Source: Octopus sinensis (Eukaryota). From it: 64,000 nucleotides of DNA. The DNA lies in assembly GCF_006345805.1 (NCBI RefSeq), contig NC_043010.1, positions 54,622,001 through 54,686,000 of the forward strand, written 5' to 3'. Below the pieces are notes generated by a model, which saw only the letters and a list, made by a program, of their open reading frames with translations, was not told the DNA's origin and did not search any database. Position numbers and translations under genes: made by a program. Below, one piece after another: positions 1-12,788 of the stretch (the stretch's first letter is position 1; each line of letters opens with the position of its first letter).

Positions 1-229
1 AATTATTGAAGTATATTACTTTAACCTGTTCGAGCAAATTATTTATTATTTAGCCAATCGAGTCCAGCTCCCGGCGTCATTTTTATACTTTCTCACACTT
101 GAATAAAGCACGTTCAGAAAGTAGATATATTGGAAATGTGTTCAGGTCGGTGATAGATTCCGGTTGAATATTTCTTCCAATAGTTTGGTTAAATCAATTT
201 TATATCTACCTTAACTTCAGACTTCATAA

Positions 230-682
230 AAACAACCTCGACTCACATTCCGTCGGTTGCGACGACGAAGGTTACACAAAAACAAATGCCGGTCATTTTC
301 TAACGATTGAATAGGGGCATAAATACACCATGGGCAACTACAGGCACCATACTCTGCTACAGTTATGTTCCATGCATTGTTGAACGGACCACGTGAAAGA
401 TATATCGACTGAGAAGCATCGAGACAGATTGAGTGTGAAATTGGTTTGCAAGTGGCTGACCACTCCCCAGACACGAGTGCCCTTAACGTAATTCTTAGGG
501 AGATATAGCGTGACAAAGAATGTGACGAGGTTGGCCTTTTGTATTACAGATACAACTAATTTTTTTTAGTTGCATGGATTCTAATGAAGTGACTTACTCA
601 AGGACACAACGCACCGATGTTAATCGTGCTAATATCATTACCATCGAACCCGAGAACCTCAACCACTGTACCATGCGCCTTT
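230..682 (-). mobile_element. Old tRNA-head/CORE-like SINE with family-C-type tail
   Basis: 16-bp direct repeat acttcagacttcataa at 214-229 and 683-698 (TSD). Degenerate tRNA head at ~600-680; tail at 430-560 and 245-277 aligns with the SINE at 63084-63469. Confidence 0.75.
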
Positions 683-1099
683 ACTTCAGACTTCATAATA
701 ATAAATGAAAGAGCCAAAATAAAGAGCTCAGAGTTCATCAGAAGATTGTCGATAGAGCACACCACACTGGACTCGACAAAATAAAACAAGATGACTGTAT
801 GAATAGGCCACAGAATAATAAAAACGCACAGAAAATGGTTATAACTCCAGATTTGCTGGTTATAACCCCAGACATATTCCACTCTACGTCAGACTACCCA
901 GCAACTATGAGAGAGTACAGCATGCTTGAAGAAACTCTGTATATGTAGTAGGTTATATTTTTATACCAATCACCTGAAGTGACACAGGGTGCATTGATTA
1001 AAGTGTCACTACTACAGGCACAACATACTACAGGATGGGACGATATGGTACAGATTGGATAAAGTTTCGTACCAAATCCCCATCAATTATGTACGTGTT

Positions 1100-1130
<31 letters not shown>

Positions 1131-1263
1131 TTCTGTGTGTGTACGTGTCTGTATCCATCTCTCTCTCTCCCTCCCTCTCTCTCTCTATCTATCTATGTAT
1201 TTCTCTATCTATCACTCTGTTACTACAAATATATATATATATTATATATATATATATATATAT

Positions 1264-1311
<48 letters not shown>

Positions 1312-1529
1312 TATATAATATATATATTATATATAATATATATATATATATATATGCAAAGAGGTTTTAGAATGAATTTATATATTTCCTGAAAATATAA
1401 ACGATTGATTATACCAAATAAACTTTTAAAAGAATGTGGGAAACAGAATTTCACAAATATTTTGGGAAGAAGAGCTTACATTTTTGAAGTGATTTTAAGT
1501 GTTTTCAGTTTTTGACATACGCCTATATT

Positions 1530-2036
1530 AGCTTAATTTATATAAGAATTCAGTTCTTAAATGAAGTGAGGAATATATTCAGCACAGTTTGTGATACTTC
1601 AAAAATTATTCTTGTTATTGTCTTATTCCATTTCGAGAAATGGAAATATTATGAATTCCCAATTTCGAACCATCCGTACACGTTACTAAATGAATCATTC
1701 CTGAACAATAAATTTGTTCTACATGTAACCTAAACGGGAAATATTAATTTTGTTCCTATTTCTCCACCATATTTCTGATTGCATTGTTGGCAGGTCAGAC
1801 ATTACCTAAGATTTTCTCTGCCATTCACGTTTGTGTTGTTAATACATTCCGGTTCCTTTCCATTTTTAATCATTTAGATCTTGCCCTGTTCTATTATTCC
1901 ACATACCGTATCACGAAGATTTCCACATATTTTTACCCACGTTATTTCTTCTGATGTGAATTTGACCATTGTTAGGGGTATTGCGGATTTCATGCTTGTC
2001 TTTTTCGTTCGATGAAACTTAGTGCTTTTAAAAATT
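1530..2036 (-). pseudogene. Decayed Penelope-like element GIY-YIG endonuclease region
   Basis: Minus-strand translation gives CLTCQQCNQKYGGEIGTKL, then after frameshifts RLHVEQI and FIIFPFLEM. This resembles the CxxC-YIGET-R-H GIY-YIG pattern of Penelope ORFs; stops and frameshifts present. Confidence 0.6.
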
Positions 2037-2052
2037 ACATTTCTAAATTTCT

Positions 2053-2468
2053 TTTCTTTATTGCCCACAACGGGCTAAATATAGAGGGGACAAACAAGAA
2101 CAGACATTGGATTAAGTCGATTATATCGATCCCAGTGCATAACTAATACTTATTTAATCGTCCCCGAAGGTGTGCAAGGCAAAGTCGACCTCGGCGGAAT
2201 TTGAACTCAGAATGTAAAGACAGACGAAATACCTATCTCTTTACTACCCACAAGGGGCTAAACATAGAGGAGACAAACAAGGACAGGCATAGGTACTAAG
2301 TCGATTACATCGACCCCAGTGCGTAATTGGTACTTAATTTATCGACCCCGAAAGAATGAAAGGCAAAGTCGAGATCGGCGGGATTTGAACTCAGAACGTA
2401 ACGACAGACGAAATACGGCTACGCATTTCGCCCGACGTGCTAACGTTTCTGCCAGCTCGCAGCTTTCA
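2053..2468 (-). mobile_element. SINE family A dimer (full copy plus 5'-truncated copy)
   Basis: tRNA-like A/B boxes (TGGCAGAAACGTTAG, GAGTTCAAAT) and a central GTCGACTTTGCCTTTCATCC..GGTCGATAAATTAAGTACCAG domain resembling the Meta/Sauria-SINE core. 16-bp TSD acatttctaaatttct at 2037-2052 and 2469-2484. Confidence 0.9.
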
Positions 2469-3489
2469 ACATTTCTAAATTTCTATGAATTTTATGGCTT
2501 GTTGTAGGGTTGCAAGGCGTTAGTTTCTTGAGTCAAAGAGTGTATTGTTGCTACGAGTATTGGTGAATAGAATATATAACTTTTAATTTTGTCTTCACCC
2601 TCAGATTTGCAGATTTTCCACTAAGACTGTGATTTTGATCTATCTCTCTTTTGTGACGCCATGCTTTATTGTGTTGTTCGTACGTTATTGAAATTAGAAT
2701 TGTAGACGCATGTGCTTAAGCGTCTTTTCATTCAGCTCCACTTTTCTTAAAATTCCGTCGGCACAGAACGTATCTACATACCCAGATATACACCAGTTTA
2801 TAATGACTAAAGTAAACATTCAGGTAGACGTCGCAATATATTACAGATATTTCAAGTAGTAAAATTATCATTCATTATACTCAAAATTATATTTGGTTGT
2901 CATTTGCGAATTTCTTCAGTACATTGATGTCTCGTATTTCGTTTCCATCTTGATGATTAAATTCTATCTAAATAATCAAAACTTTTGCATATCAAAGATT
3001 ATTTATTCTAATATATTTCAAATGGCATAAACGTAGAGTCCCACAAGCTACACACGCAGAGATACACACTCACAAACACATACATAATGCGTGCGTATAC
3101 TCACTAATGTACTTTACTTAATAAAACTTCAAACAGTTTCCAAAATAGGAACATATTTAATACGGGCATCATTTTGAAACAGCACATATTAATAATACTT
3201 TCTTTAATTTCAAAACCATTTAGAAATTCGGTTTCTTTGTTTGTTTTTTTACAATGTTTTTATATACTATCGATCATAGAAATTTTCAATTTTTCCATTC
3301 GTTAATATTATAATGCAGATAATGCACTAAAACACCAAAGGCTTCATCAACTAAGAAATCATAAATGGAATACAAAATCAAGTGCAATTTTGCATTTCAT
3401 TCCCGCAAGAGTATATATTAGTAGAACTTCTTGGTTCCAGATGGAAAATAAGTATTTCCTATCATATAAATTTACGTTACTGAGAAAAC

Positions 3490-3579
<90 letters not shown>

Positions 3580-3603
3580 ATATATATATATATATATATA
3601 TCA

Positions 3604-3639
<36 letters not shown>

Positions 3640-3957
3640 GTCTATATCTATATATATATATATACGACTAATGTATGTATAATATATATTATATATTAAA
3701 TATATATTATATATATCAAATATATATTACATGAATTATATATATATCATATATATATTATATATATTATATATATCATATATATATTATATATATTATA
3801 TATATCATATATATATATATATGTTATATATATATATATTATATATAAGTTATATATTATATATATATATTATATATATATATATTATATATATATATAT
3901 ATACACATATATGTATATATATGAGCAATACAGACACAACCGCGCATATTCACAAAT

Positions 3958-3991
<34 letters not shown>

Positions 3992-4322
3992 CGCTAAGTG
4001 TAAGTGCGGTCTTGGCCGTACAGCTAATGCAAACGAAGTTCATTTCAATGAACAAAACGTAGAAAATTCTAGTAGGCAGAGCCTTCTATTAATCATTTTG
4101 GAATTATCCTTTTCAGATGATTGTGTAGACTGATGAGCACTGCGCAGTATGATGTATATATGTGTTAATATTTATGCGTATACATTTGTAAATATTCATG
4201 TATTTAATCGCATAAACAGATGTGTATATGTGCTTATGGAATCATATATATATATATAAGAATTTATTGCGTAATGAGATAAAAAAAAACCAAGGCTGTG
4301 TAAATAGAACATTTATAGATAA

Positions 4323-4374
4323 GTCTTACAGCTGTTTCCAGGATATTTATTAATTATATCCCTTCATCGGAGAC
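4323..4374 (-). ncRNA. Minimal type I hammerhead ribozyme fold (CCGAUGA variant) in a TA-flanked mini-element
   Basis: Minus strand: gtct-CCGATGA-a-gggatat[aattaataa]atatcct-g-GAAA-cagctg-TA-agac. Stems I and II pair, stem III is palindromic, triplet GUA; U4 is C. Confidence 0.55.
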
Positions 4375-4554
4375 GGTGTGAGAGGATTGTTAAATAATAA
4401 TTAATTTAGATAGGATACACTAAGCCATGTGTCTCCACTATGTGTCGTATGTGAACTACGAACTATATTCCAGTATATTTTTCGAGTTCACAGTAGCAGA
4501 AAGTTATAGAAGCCAGACGATAGCCTCATGTACTGTCATACTCTTATGATGTGT

Positions 4555-4590
<36 letters not shown>

Positions 4591-5467
4591 AATATGCAAA
4601 TTCGGTGAGTATTCACTTACCAGTTCAATATAAATGACATGACGGTGTGTTACAATGGAGTGTAGATAAATAAAGCTCATTACGTAAGAACAGTTTGTTT
4701 GAGTCTATTTGGAAGTAGTCCATTCACGGTTTCATAAATGTATGACGCTGAAATAGAACATATTTGCCCAACGTGCTACGCAGTTGGACGAAACCATGGA
4801 CCTCAGATGCAAACGTCTTTAACACGAAGTCTACGAAGATGAAATTGACACCATTACGATTTCAGTTTGTTATTGTGGACGTTCCATTAAACCTATATTA
4901 TGATTCATTGTGCAAGCTATGATGTCGTCCAGTGCGAACTGAACAATCTCACAGTTTGTATATGGAAACATCCATTGTTCACACATTCATTTACTACTGA
5001 GGAATCATTGCAATTCCTACCGGTTCAATGACCGCATACATTTATGCTCATTTGCAATGTGCTTAACATTTGCAGGCGTATAAAAGAAATGAATATTCAC
5101 ACATTGTGTTGGATTTCAGTATATATTCCGTTTCTGTTTGCAAGATTGTTGATTATGCTGTCATCATTTTATATCTTGTTTGGTGTTTAGTCGATAAAAT
5201 TTTATATGTTCCCCAACAACCAGCATTTCGTAAAACTTCTGAATAGAAATTACGAAATTATATACAAACTTACATACAAGACATACTCATTAATCATTTC
5301 AGTAAATATTGTACAATAATCTAATTTATGAAAACAGATATTGCATCTTTCTTTGTATATATGTATATATTACATCTTTCTTTGTATATATGCCGATTGT
5401 CAAACGCAGACACACACGCGCTCGCGAGCACACCCACCCAGAGTTGCATATATATATATATATATGC

Positions 5468-5600
5468 ATATACGATGGGCTTCTTTCATTTTCTGTCTAT
5501 CAAATGATCTCACAAGTCCATGGTCAGCCTGAGGCTATAGTAGAATTCACTTGCCCAAACTACTACGCAGTGAGACTGCTTCTTACCACACACCCACAGA
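5468..5600 (-). mobile_element. SINE family B fragment (5' half, degenerate)
   Basis: Aligns in reverse to the family B head/CORE-like segment (cttgggcaagtg..ctactatagcctc..gaaagaagcccg). Confidence 0.6.
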
Positions 5601-5708
5601 TCTGTTTTATTTTAGCCAGATCATCTACCTATCTGATGTTTGTTCATTGAGGAGTACATTTAACATTACGCCATATTACTATTGCGTTGAACTATTGTTT
5701 ATATATAA

Positions 5709-6547
5709 GTAGCAGTATTGCCAGGCTCGTGCACTCGTGCGTTCTATGCACGCGCGAATTAAGCTAAACTTAGCTGAAGTTCAATCAAAATTCAATTATT
5801 TTGGTTTTAAAATCAAGCATTTAATGCCCTCTATTTTTGCGCTTATGTGTTCCATTTCCTCAATAGGAAGCACGTAGAAGCGTTTCATAAATTTTTGTTG
5901 ATCAAATAATTGCATTGTAGAATTATTCTTTTAGATCAGTATTTCTCAACAGGGATTTCAGGGAAGATTTTCAGGGAGTCGCAGGCGATGTATCGTGATG
6001 ATTAAAAATCCGGCCTGCTAAAATTTGGTTAAAGTGATTTAAACTGCAGACTCAACGGAAAGTGGTCACATTTAATTCAAAGCGTTAAAAATGTTATCAA
6101 AACAATTGGTATGTGTTCACAAAGTCCAAACGATTAATAGGAAAAAAATCATCTAGGCTACATCCCGAAAATTCATTTATTTGCCGAATTTCTACAATGT
6201 TTACGGCGATTCGTTTTTATATCTTGATTTTTTTAATTTTCCATGCAATTTACGCATGCTTGCACGCGTGGTGAACACAATTCACGTCAAACAGCTGACT
6301 GAGTAAAGTTCACTATTCAATGCATGGGATAAGGCCTAAACAAACACATTATCGATTTTTGGACTTGCGAGATGAATTTCGGAACAGAAATAGAGCAGTT
6401 CAATTTTCATTCGCCTAAACTTTAAGTGACCCATTTTTTGTGATTCTACGATTTGTTGGCTGGGAGGAGATGTGCCGGGAAGTTAAACACACAGACACAC
6501 ACACAGATACACACACAGACACACCAGTTGAGTTTTATATATATAGA
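5709..6547 (-). mobile_element. Non-autonomous Helitron (older, degenerate 3' end)
   Basis: Minus strand starts A|TCTATATATATAAAAC like the 9075 copy and ends ..ggcaatactgctac|T, a variant of the family ..gcgatactgctag|T end. Confidence 0.55.
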
Positions 6548-7138
6548 TATCCGATATTTTTATTTAGTTTGGAGTGTCACTATGTATGCAATCTATATAT
6601 TATGTTATAGTAAATAATTCATCAGTTTGTAGACTAAGTGCAAGACTTTAGCAGTTATTGCTCGAAATATAAAACTGCATATCACCTTTCACCTTCAAGT
6701 TATCACTGTAGCGTCCAACAAAAATCTACCCGTACTCTTTATCAGTAAATTAGAAAACGTTATCTAACGAATATTTTGTACCTCTCACACTTTAAGAAAA
6801 CAAGCATGAAAGAAAAGTTATATGGTTTTTCTCGTGAAGAGAAAATGAATTGATTTTCAGTTTTCATAAATATTTTTCTTGAGATGGAGTTAACTTACGC
6901 GATAGCTACTCTATATACTATCTATAAAGTAGAATAAAGTAGAATAAAAAATTATAAATATTCCGCAACGCTACAGATTGGAGTATCTATTAGTCATGTT
7001 ATCGGTAAGATTTGTTGCGACAGTAACAGAGAGGATGGCGAAACGTTTAAAAAAAAAGAGTGCTATATTTGATGTATGTCGACAAGTTGCTAGTGTGATG
7101 GCTTCTCCATCAATTAGAAGTTATATGTCTCTGCAACT

Positions 7139-7932
<794 letters not shown>

Positions 7933-8070
7933 TAATAAATATTAGGGAATATATCCAAATTTACAGGGAAAAAAATCAGATTTAGGATTAAATCCAATTT
8001 TATAGTAAAATATTATAAAATATTATTTGAGACAAAACCACTATATATATATATATAGATACGTAATGAG

Positions 8071-8228
8071 AGACGGAAGATGGAAGATGCGACAAATTTT
8101 ATTACGCACTACGTTTATTTAAATGATACAACTAGCTTCGACTCCTCACCGAGGGACGGATTAATGCTAGATGAGTCGAAACAATTGTAACAATTAATAA
8201 AAACGCTTGCATATTCCATCTTCCGTCT
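8071..8228. repeat. Degenerate inverted duplication containing a hammerhead 3' half
   Basis: Arms ~8071-8144 and 8173-8228 (agacggaagatggaa / ttccatcttccgtct; tcgactc / gagtcga). Right arm has GAAAC-AATT-GTA. Confidence 0.6.
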
Positions 8229-8417
8229 GTCATTAATGAAATGCATAACGAACACTCTGAAAAGTAATAGAGCTTTACCGGTAAGGTACAAGGTATAATC
8301 CATTCATTTCATAATCAGTTAATATACATACACCCACAGTCTCCCACTGTCTCTCAGTCACACGCCCAGATACACACATGCGCGCGAACACACACACACA
8401 CACACACACACGCACAG

Positions 8418-8466
<49 letters not shown>

Positions 8467-8564
8467 TATGCATGTATATGTACTGGCAATAAGGACGGTG
8501 TATGTTCTCAAAGTTATTTAATCACAATTGTTCAGCCGAGTTTCATGGCTAAAACGCCATGACA

Positions 8565-8663
<99 letters not shown>

Positions 8664-8750
8664 ATGTATGTATATATATATACATATATACATACATACA
8701 TACATATATATATATATATATGTATGTGTATATATATACATATACATACA

Positions 8751-11187
8751 CAGGCATACCTCGTTTTAAATAAGCCCGATTTACGAAACCTCATCTTTAC
8801 GAATTGTGGATGAATAACGAAAAAAAACATCGTCACCATGGCAACGAGCGTCACTTCCAGTGTGACAGCACCTGTGACCTCCAGTGATCGATTGCAACCT
8901 TCTTTCTGGATTTGTAGTGTGTCAGTGTCAACCCGGCTTCCAAGACGCTAACCCACATTTCATCTTTCTTTTCTATTCTATTCATCTTTTAAATGTTTGA
9001 CGCATCTTTATGTTTTTTGTAATACTCTTCGATGGCTTCAAAAAGAAAGAATTCTGAGAAGTAAAGTAATTACATCTATATATATAAAACTCTAGTTGTG
9101 TGAGTGTCTGTCCCCTTCGATTTAGATTCCTAACTCCTCCCACATTTTGCGGTGCAGTTTAACCAAATTCGGGTATCTTATAGTCGTGATTCATATCGAG
9201 CCCGTCTGACTATTAGCGCGCGTCAACGATGAGTCTACGATTTTAAAAATAATTTAACATCAGTTTTTATTCCATTTTAATGCATAAAATGCATCGTGTG
9301 TCGATGGCGGTGGAGTTGGCGTCCACGCTCACAGCTGCACCTGTTTGCTTCTCCCCCTTCCCTCCCTCGTGAAGCTGTGGGGAAGGGAGTGTAAAGAAAT
9401 CAACGTCGTAATGCGTTGTGAAGGAGACCAGCGTTCTTTTAGAACAACGACTTCATGGCTTGAAGACACCAAAACAAAAATGGCTAAGAAAGCCCGAATT
9501 TATAAGGGAAGTAACTGTCTAAAAATGCTTATATAGTTATTTCCCTTACAAACCCGAGCAACGCCGAGTGATACTGCTAGTTAGAAATAAAATGCAAACA
9601 TGGAAAATGTACAACTGTTAAACATTTTTTTCAAAAAAGCTTGATATGGATCTTTTTTTCCGTTTGTACCATTTTGAAGAAAAATGAAGATTTTTTAAAA
9701 TAAAGTTAAAGGAAGTAATTTTCTAAATTCATCTTGGTTAGGAAGAAAAGATAATGAATGTTTAATTTCACGCACAGAAAACCTTTTGACAGCTTGGATT
9801 AATGATCAAATTCTTAGATTTCCTATGCCACTTAGTCAGGCTATAATTTGCAGTAAAACAACTTCGTATTTTAACTCGCTTAGGGATAAATCAGATAGAT
9901 GAAATGAAACATTTGTAACGAGTACTCGTTGGATCGATGGTTTTAAAACACGGGCAAATCTACACAATGTGACGATCCAAGGAGAATTGTGTAGCGCAGA
10001 TCAAAAAGCTGCAGAAACTTTTCATCGCCAATTAGATTTGATTGAAGAAGAAGGCTTTATACAGTCTCAACTATTTAATGTAGATGCGACGGGCGTATTT
10101 TGGAAACGAATGCCTTCAAGGATTTTATTGCGAGAGTAGAATCTTCAACGCCAGGATTTAATGCTGCAAAAGATAGGATAACATTGCTTCTCGGAGGATA
10201 TTGCGAAGGAGCCTGCGAGCTGAAGCTTATCCATTGATCTTGAACCCCCGTCCTTTAAACTTACTGTAATATGGAAGCATAAAAAAAAGCTTGGGTGAGC
10301 GGATCACTGTATGAAGATTGGTTTTTTAATCACTTTGTTCCCGAAGTAGAAAAAATATTGTATGGATAAAAAATTCCTTTCAAGGTTCTTTTGATAATGA
10401 ATAATGCCGCCGGTCACGCTGCATTAAGGCATCACTATCAAAATATTGATGTTTCATTTTACCTCCAAATAGAACTTCCTTATTGCAGCCTATGGATCAA
10501 GGAGCCATTTCAACGTTTTAATCTTACTTTCATCTTTAAAAGACATGTCGATGTGACTGATATAGAAAATGGTCTTACAATTCAAGAATTTTGGAAGAGT
10601 TTCAACGTCCTTAAGGCAATAAAATTTATTAAATAAAAAGCATGGATAAAATCGCTGAAAAGAACATGAAAGGAATGGGGGAAATATTTCTTCCCCAAAT
10701 TAATTGAGGATTTTGAAGAATTTGATAAATCTTCATGAAAATCTTCAAAACGAAACTGATACGATCATAAACATTGCAAAGGAAATGCACATTGAAATTT
10801 CACCCGAAGATGCTGACAGGGATGATGTCACAAATGAAGAATTGCTAGATATGGAAAATGAAGAATCGCCTGAAAGATGCTTCTCTGCAAAAAAAGCTAA
10901 ATGGAGCATTTCTTCACATTGAAAAGGCTTTGGAAATCTTTAAGCAGCAAGATGCTGATTTTGAAAGATGCTCAACTGTTGCTGCAAATTTAATGAGAGG
11001 TCATAGATGTTATAGTGAAATCTACCGTGAAATTAAGAAGGAATGTTTTCAACAAACAAATTTAGACAATATTTTAACAGAGAAAACTAATGCGGACCAA
11101 ACATCAAAACAAGAAGAAAGTCAACAAATAGAATTGACATGCGAGCAAAAGACCCCAGTGACAGCAGATCCGATGGATACGAATTAA
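8751..11187 (+). pseudogene. Tigger/pogo-family DNA transposon, decayed transposase (CENP-B HTH plus DDE)
   Basis: Left end CAGGCATACCTCG at 8751; ATG ~9032. Translated motifs ENLLTAWINDQ, RWIDGFKTRANLHNVTIQGELCSAD, QLFNVDATGVFWKRMPSR, KDRITLLLGG, LLIMNNAAGH. Many stops and frameshifts; right TIR not found. Confidence 0.9.
9075..9580 (+). mobile_element. Non-autonomous Helitron nested in the Tigger transposase
   Basis: A|TCTATATATAT start, hairpin ccgagcaacgccgag, CTAG|T end. Removal rejoins the transposase reading KVIT|LEIK. Confidence 0.85.
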
Positions 11188-11394
11188 ATTCCATGCGTGA
11201 AACTGCCTGTCTTAACGAACAGTTTACTAAGAAGCGGCTTATCGACATACTTTTCAAATTAACTGTCATGGCATTTAGAAACATTATGATTTGTGAATTT
11301 TATAAACGCACTTGTGCAGTTCATGTTGTATGATGTGTATTTAAAGCCGTTCATTGAAAACTAATTTGTATTTTGATACACCGAGACCGTAATA

Positions 11395-11880
11395 CTAGTT
11401 TCAAGATTTGGCACAAAGCCAGTCATTTGGGGGCTAGGGTAGGTCGATTGAATCAATACCAGTGCTCGACTGGCGCTTTCTTTTATCGAATCCGAAGGGC
11501 TTGGTAGGCAAAGTTGACCTTGCTTGAATTTGAAAAGCAAAGTCAACCGCGGCTGAATTTGAAAATAATGTCGGGTGAAATACCTATTTCTTTACTACCC
11601 ACAAGGGGCTAAACATAGAGTGGACGAACAAGGACAGACAAAGGGATTAAGTCGATTATATCGACCCCAGTGCACAACTGGTACTTATTTAATCGACCCC
11701 GAAAGGATGAAAGGCAAAGTCGACCTCGGCGGAATTTGAACTCAGAACGTAGCGGCAGACGAAATACCTCTAAGCATTTCGCCCGGCGTACTAACGTTTC
11801 TGCCAGCTCGCCGCCATTGTCGGGTGAAATACCGCTTAGCATTTTCTCCAATGCGTTAACGATGCCGTTAGCTAGCGACC
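11395..11880 (-). mobile_element. Older Meta-core SINE relative split by a younger SINE A insertion
   Basis: Head remnant at 11818-11880; core and tail remnant at 11395-11584. Confidence 0.7.
11585..11817 (-). mobile_element. SINE family A, full length
   Basis: Complete head, core and tail; 16-bp TSD tgtcgggtgaaatacc at 11569-11584 and 11818-11833. Confidence 0.9.
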
Positions 11881-12326
11881 GTTTAATATTACAGTGACCG
11901 TAATATTAAACCACTTAATGGTACTTTGAAGGTTGATTCAGTATTCTTTGTTTCAATAATTTACATTTATGGAAAAAGAAAAACATAACATCCTCTATGT
12001 AGAAGCTTATGGCTACGAACATACGTATTTCCAGATTGATTAACCTTCAGCTCATTTTCTAGATGTATCAAGCTCAAAATATGTTTATATAATAATATCA
12101 TCTATATAAAAAGTGTTGAAGATGCTTTTTTTAATTCTTTCAGTCATTTGACTGTGGCCATACTCGAGCACGACCTTTAGTCGAGCAAATCGAACCCAGG
12201 ACTTATTCTTTGTACGCCTAGTACTTATTCTATCGGTCTCTTTTGCCGAACCGCTAGGTGAAATGGACGTAAACACACCAGCATCGGTTGTGAAGCGATG
12301 TTGGCTGGGGCAAACATATAGACACG

Positions 12327-12360
<34 letters not shown>

Positions 12361-12594
12361 TATAACGGGCTTCTTTCAGTTTCTGTCTACCAAATCCACT
12401 CACAAGGATTTGGTCGGCCCGAGGGTATTATAGAAGACACTTGCCCAATATTTATTCTATCTGTCTCTCTTGCCTAACCGCTAAGGTAAGTGAAGGGGAC
12501 GTAAACACACCAGCATCGGTTATCAAGTGATGTTGGCGGGACAAACACAGCCACACACACATACACACACGCACACACACACATACACACATAC

Positions 12595-12631
<37 letters not shown>

Positions 12632-12632
<1 letters not shown>

Positions 12633-12788
12633 TTTATTTTAAGCAGCAGAAAATTCAACAAAATCTGTTACTCTGAGTTTCTCGTTGCCGTTCATCAGAC
12701 AGTTTTTCTAGCAAAAACTGTCTGATGAACGGCAACGAGAAACTCAGAGTAACAGATTTTGTTGAATTTTCTGCTGCTTAAAATAAAG
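12632..12788. repeat. Perfect 76-bp-arm palindrome (Penelope-type inverted end)
   Basis: Arms 12632-12707 and 12713-12788, loop ctagc. Element continues to ~12860 and ends in (TA)n. Confidence 0.95.
12713..12760 (+). ncRNA. Minimal type I hammerhead ribozyme fold (mirrored on the minus strand)
   Basis: aaaaactgt-CTGATGA-a-cg[GCAA]cg-a-GAAA-ctcagag-TA-acagatttt; predicted cleavage after 12751 (GUA). Confidence 0.7.

Noticed and set aside
1035-1454. ORFs rich in YI/IY/CV/HT repeats here and throughout the track
   Set aside because: Translations of (TA)n, (CA)n and (TATC)n microsatellites, which lack stops in some frames.
4130-4160. CTGATGAG motif
   Set aside because: No GAAA or stem III downstream; not a hammerhead.
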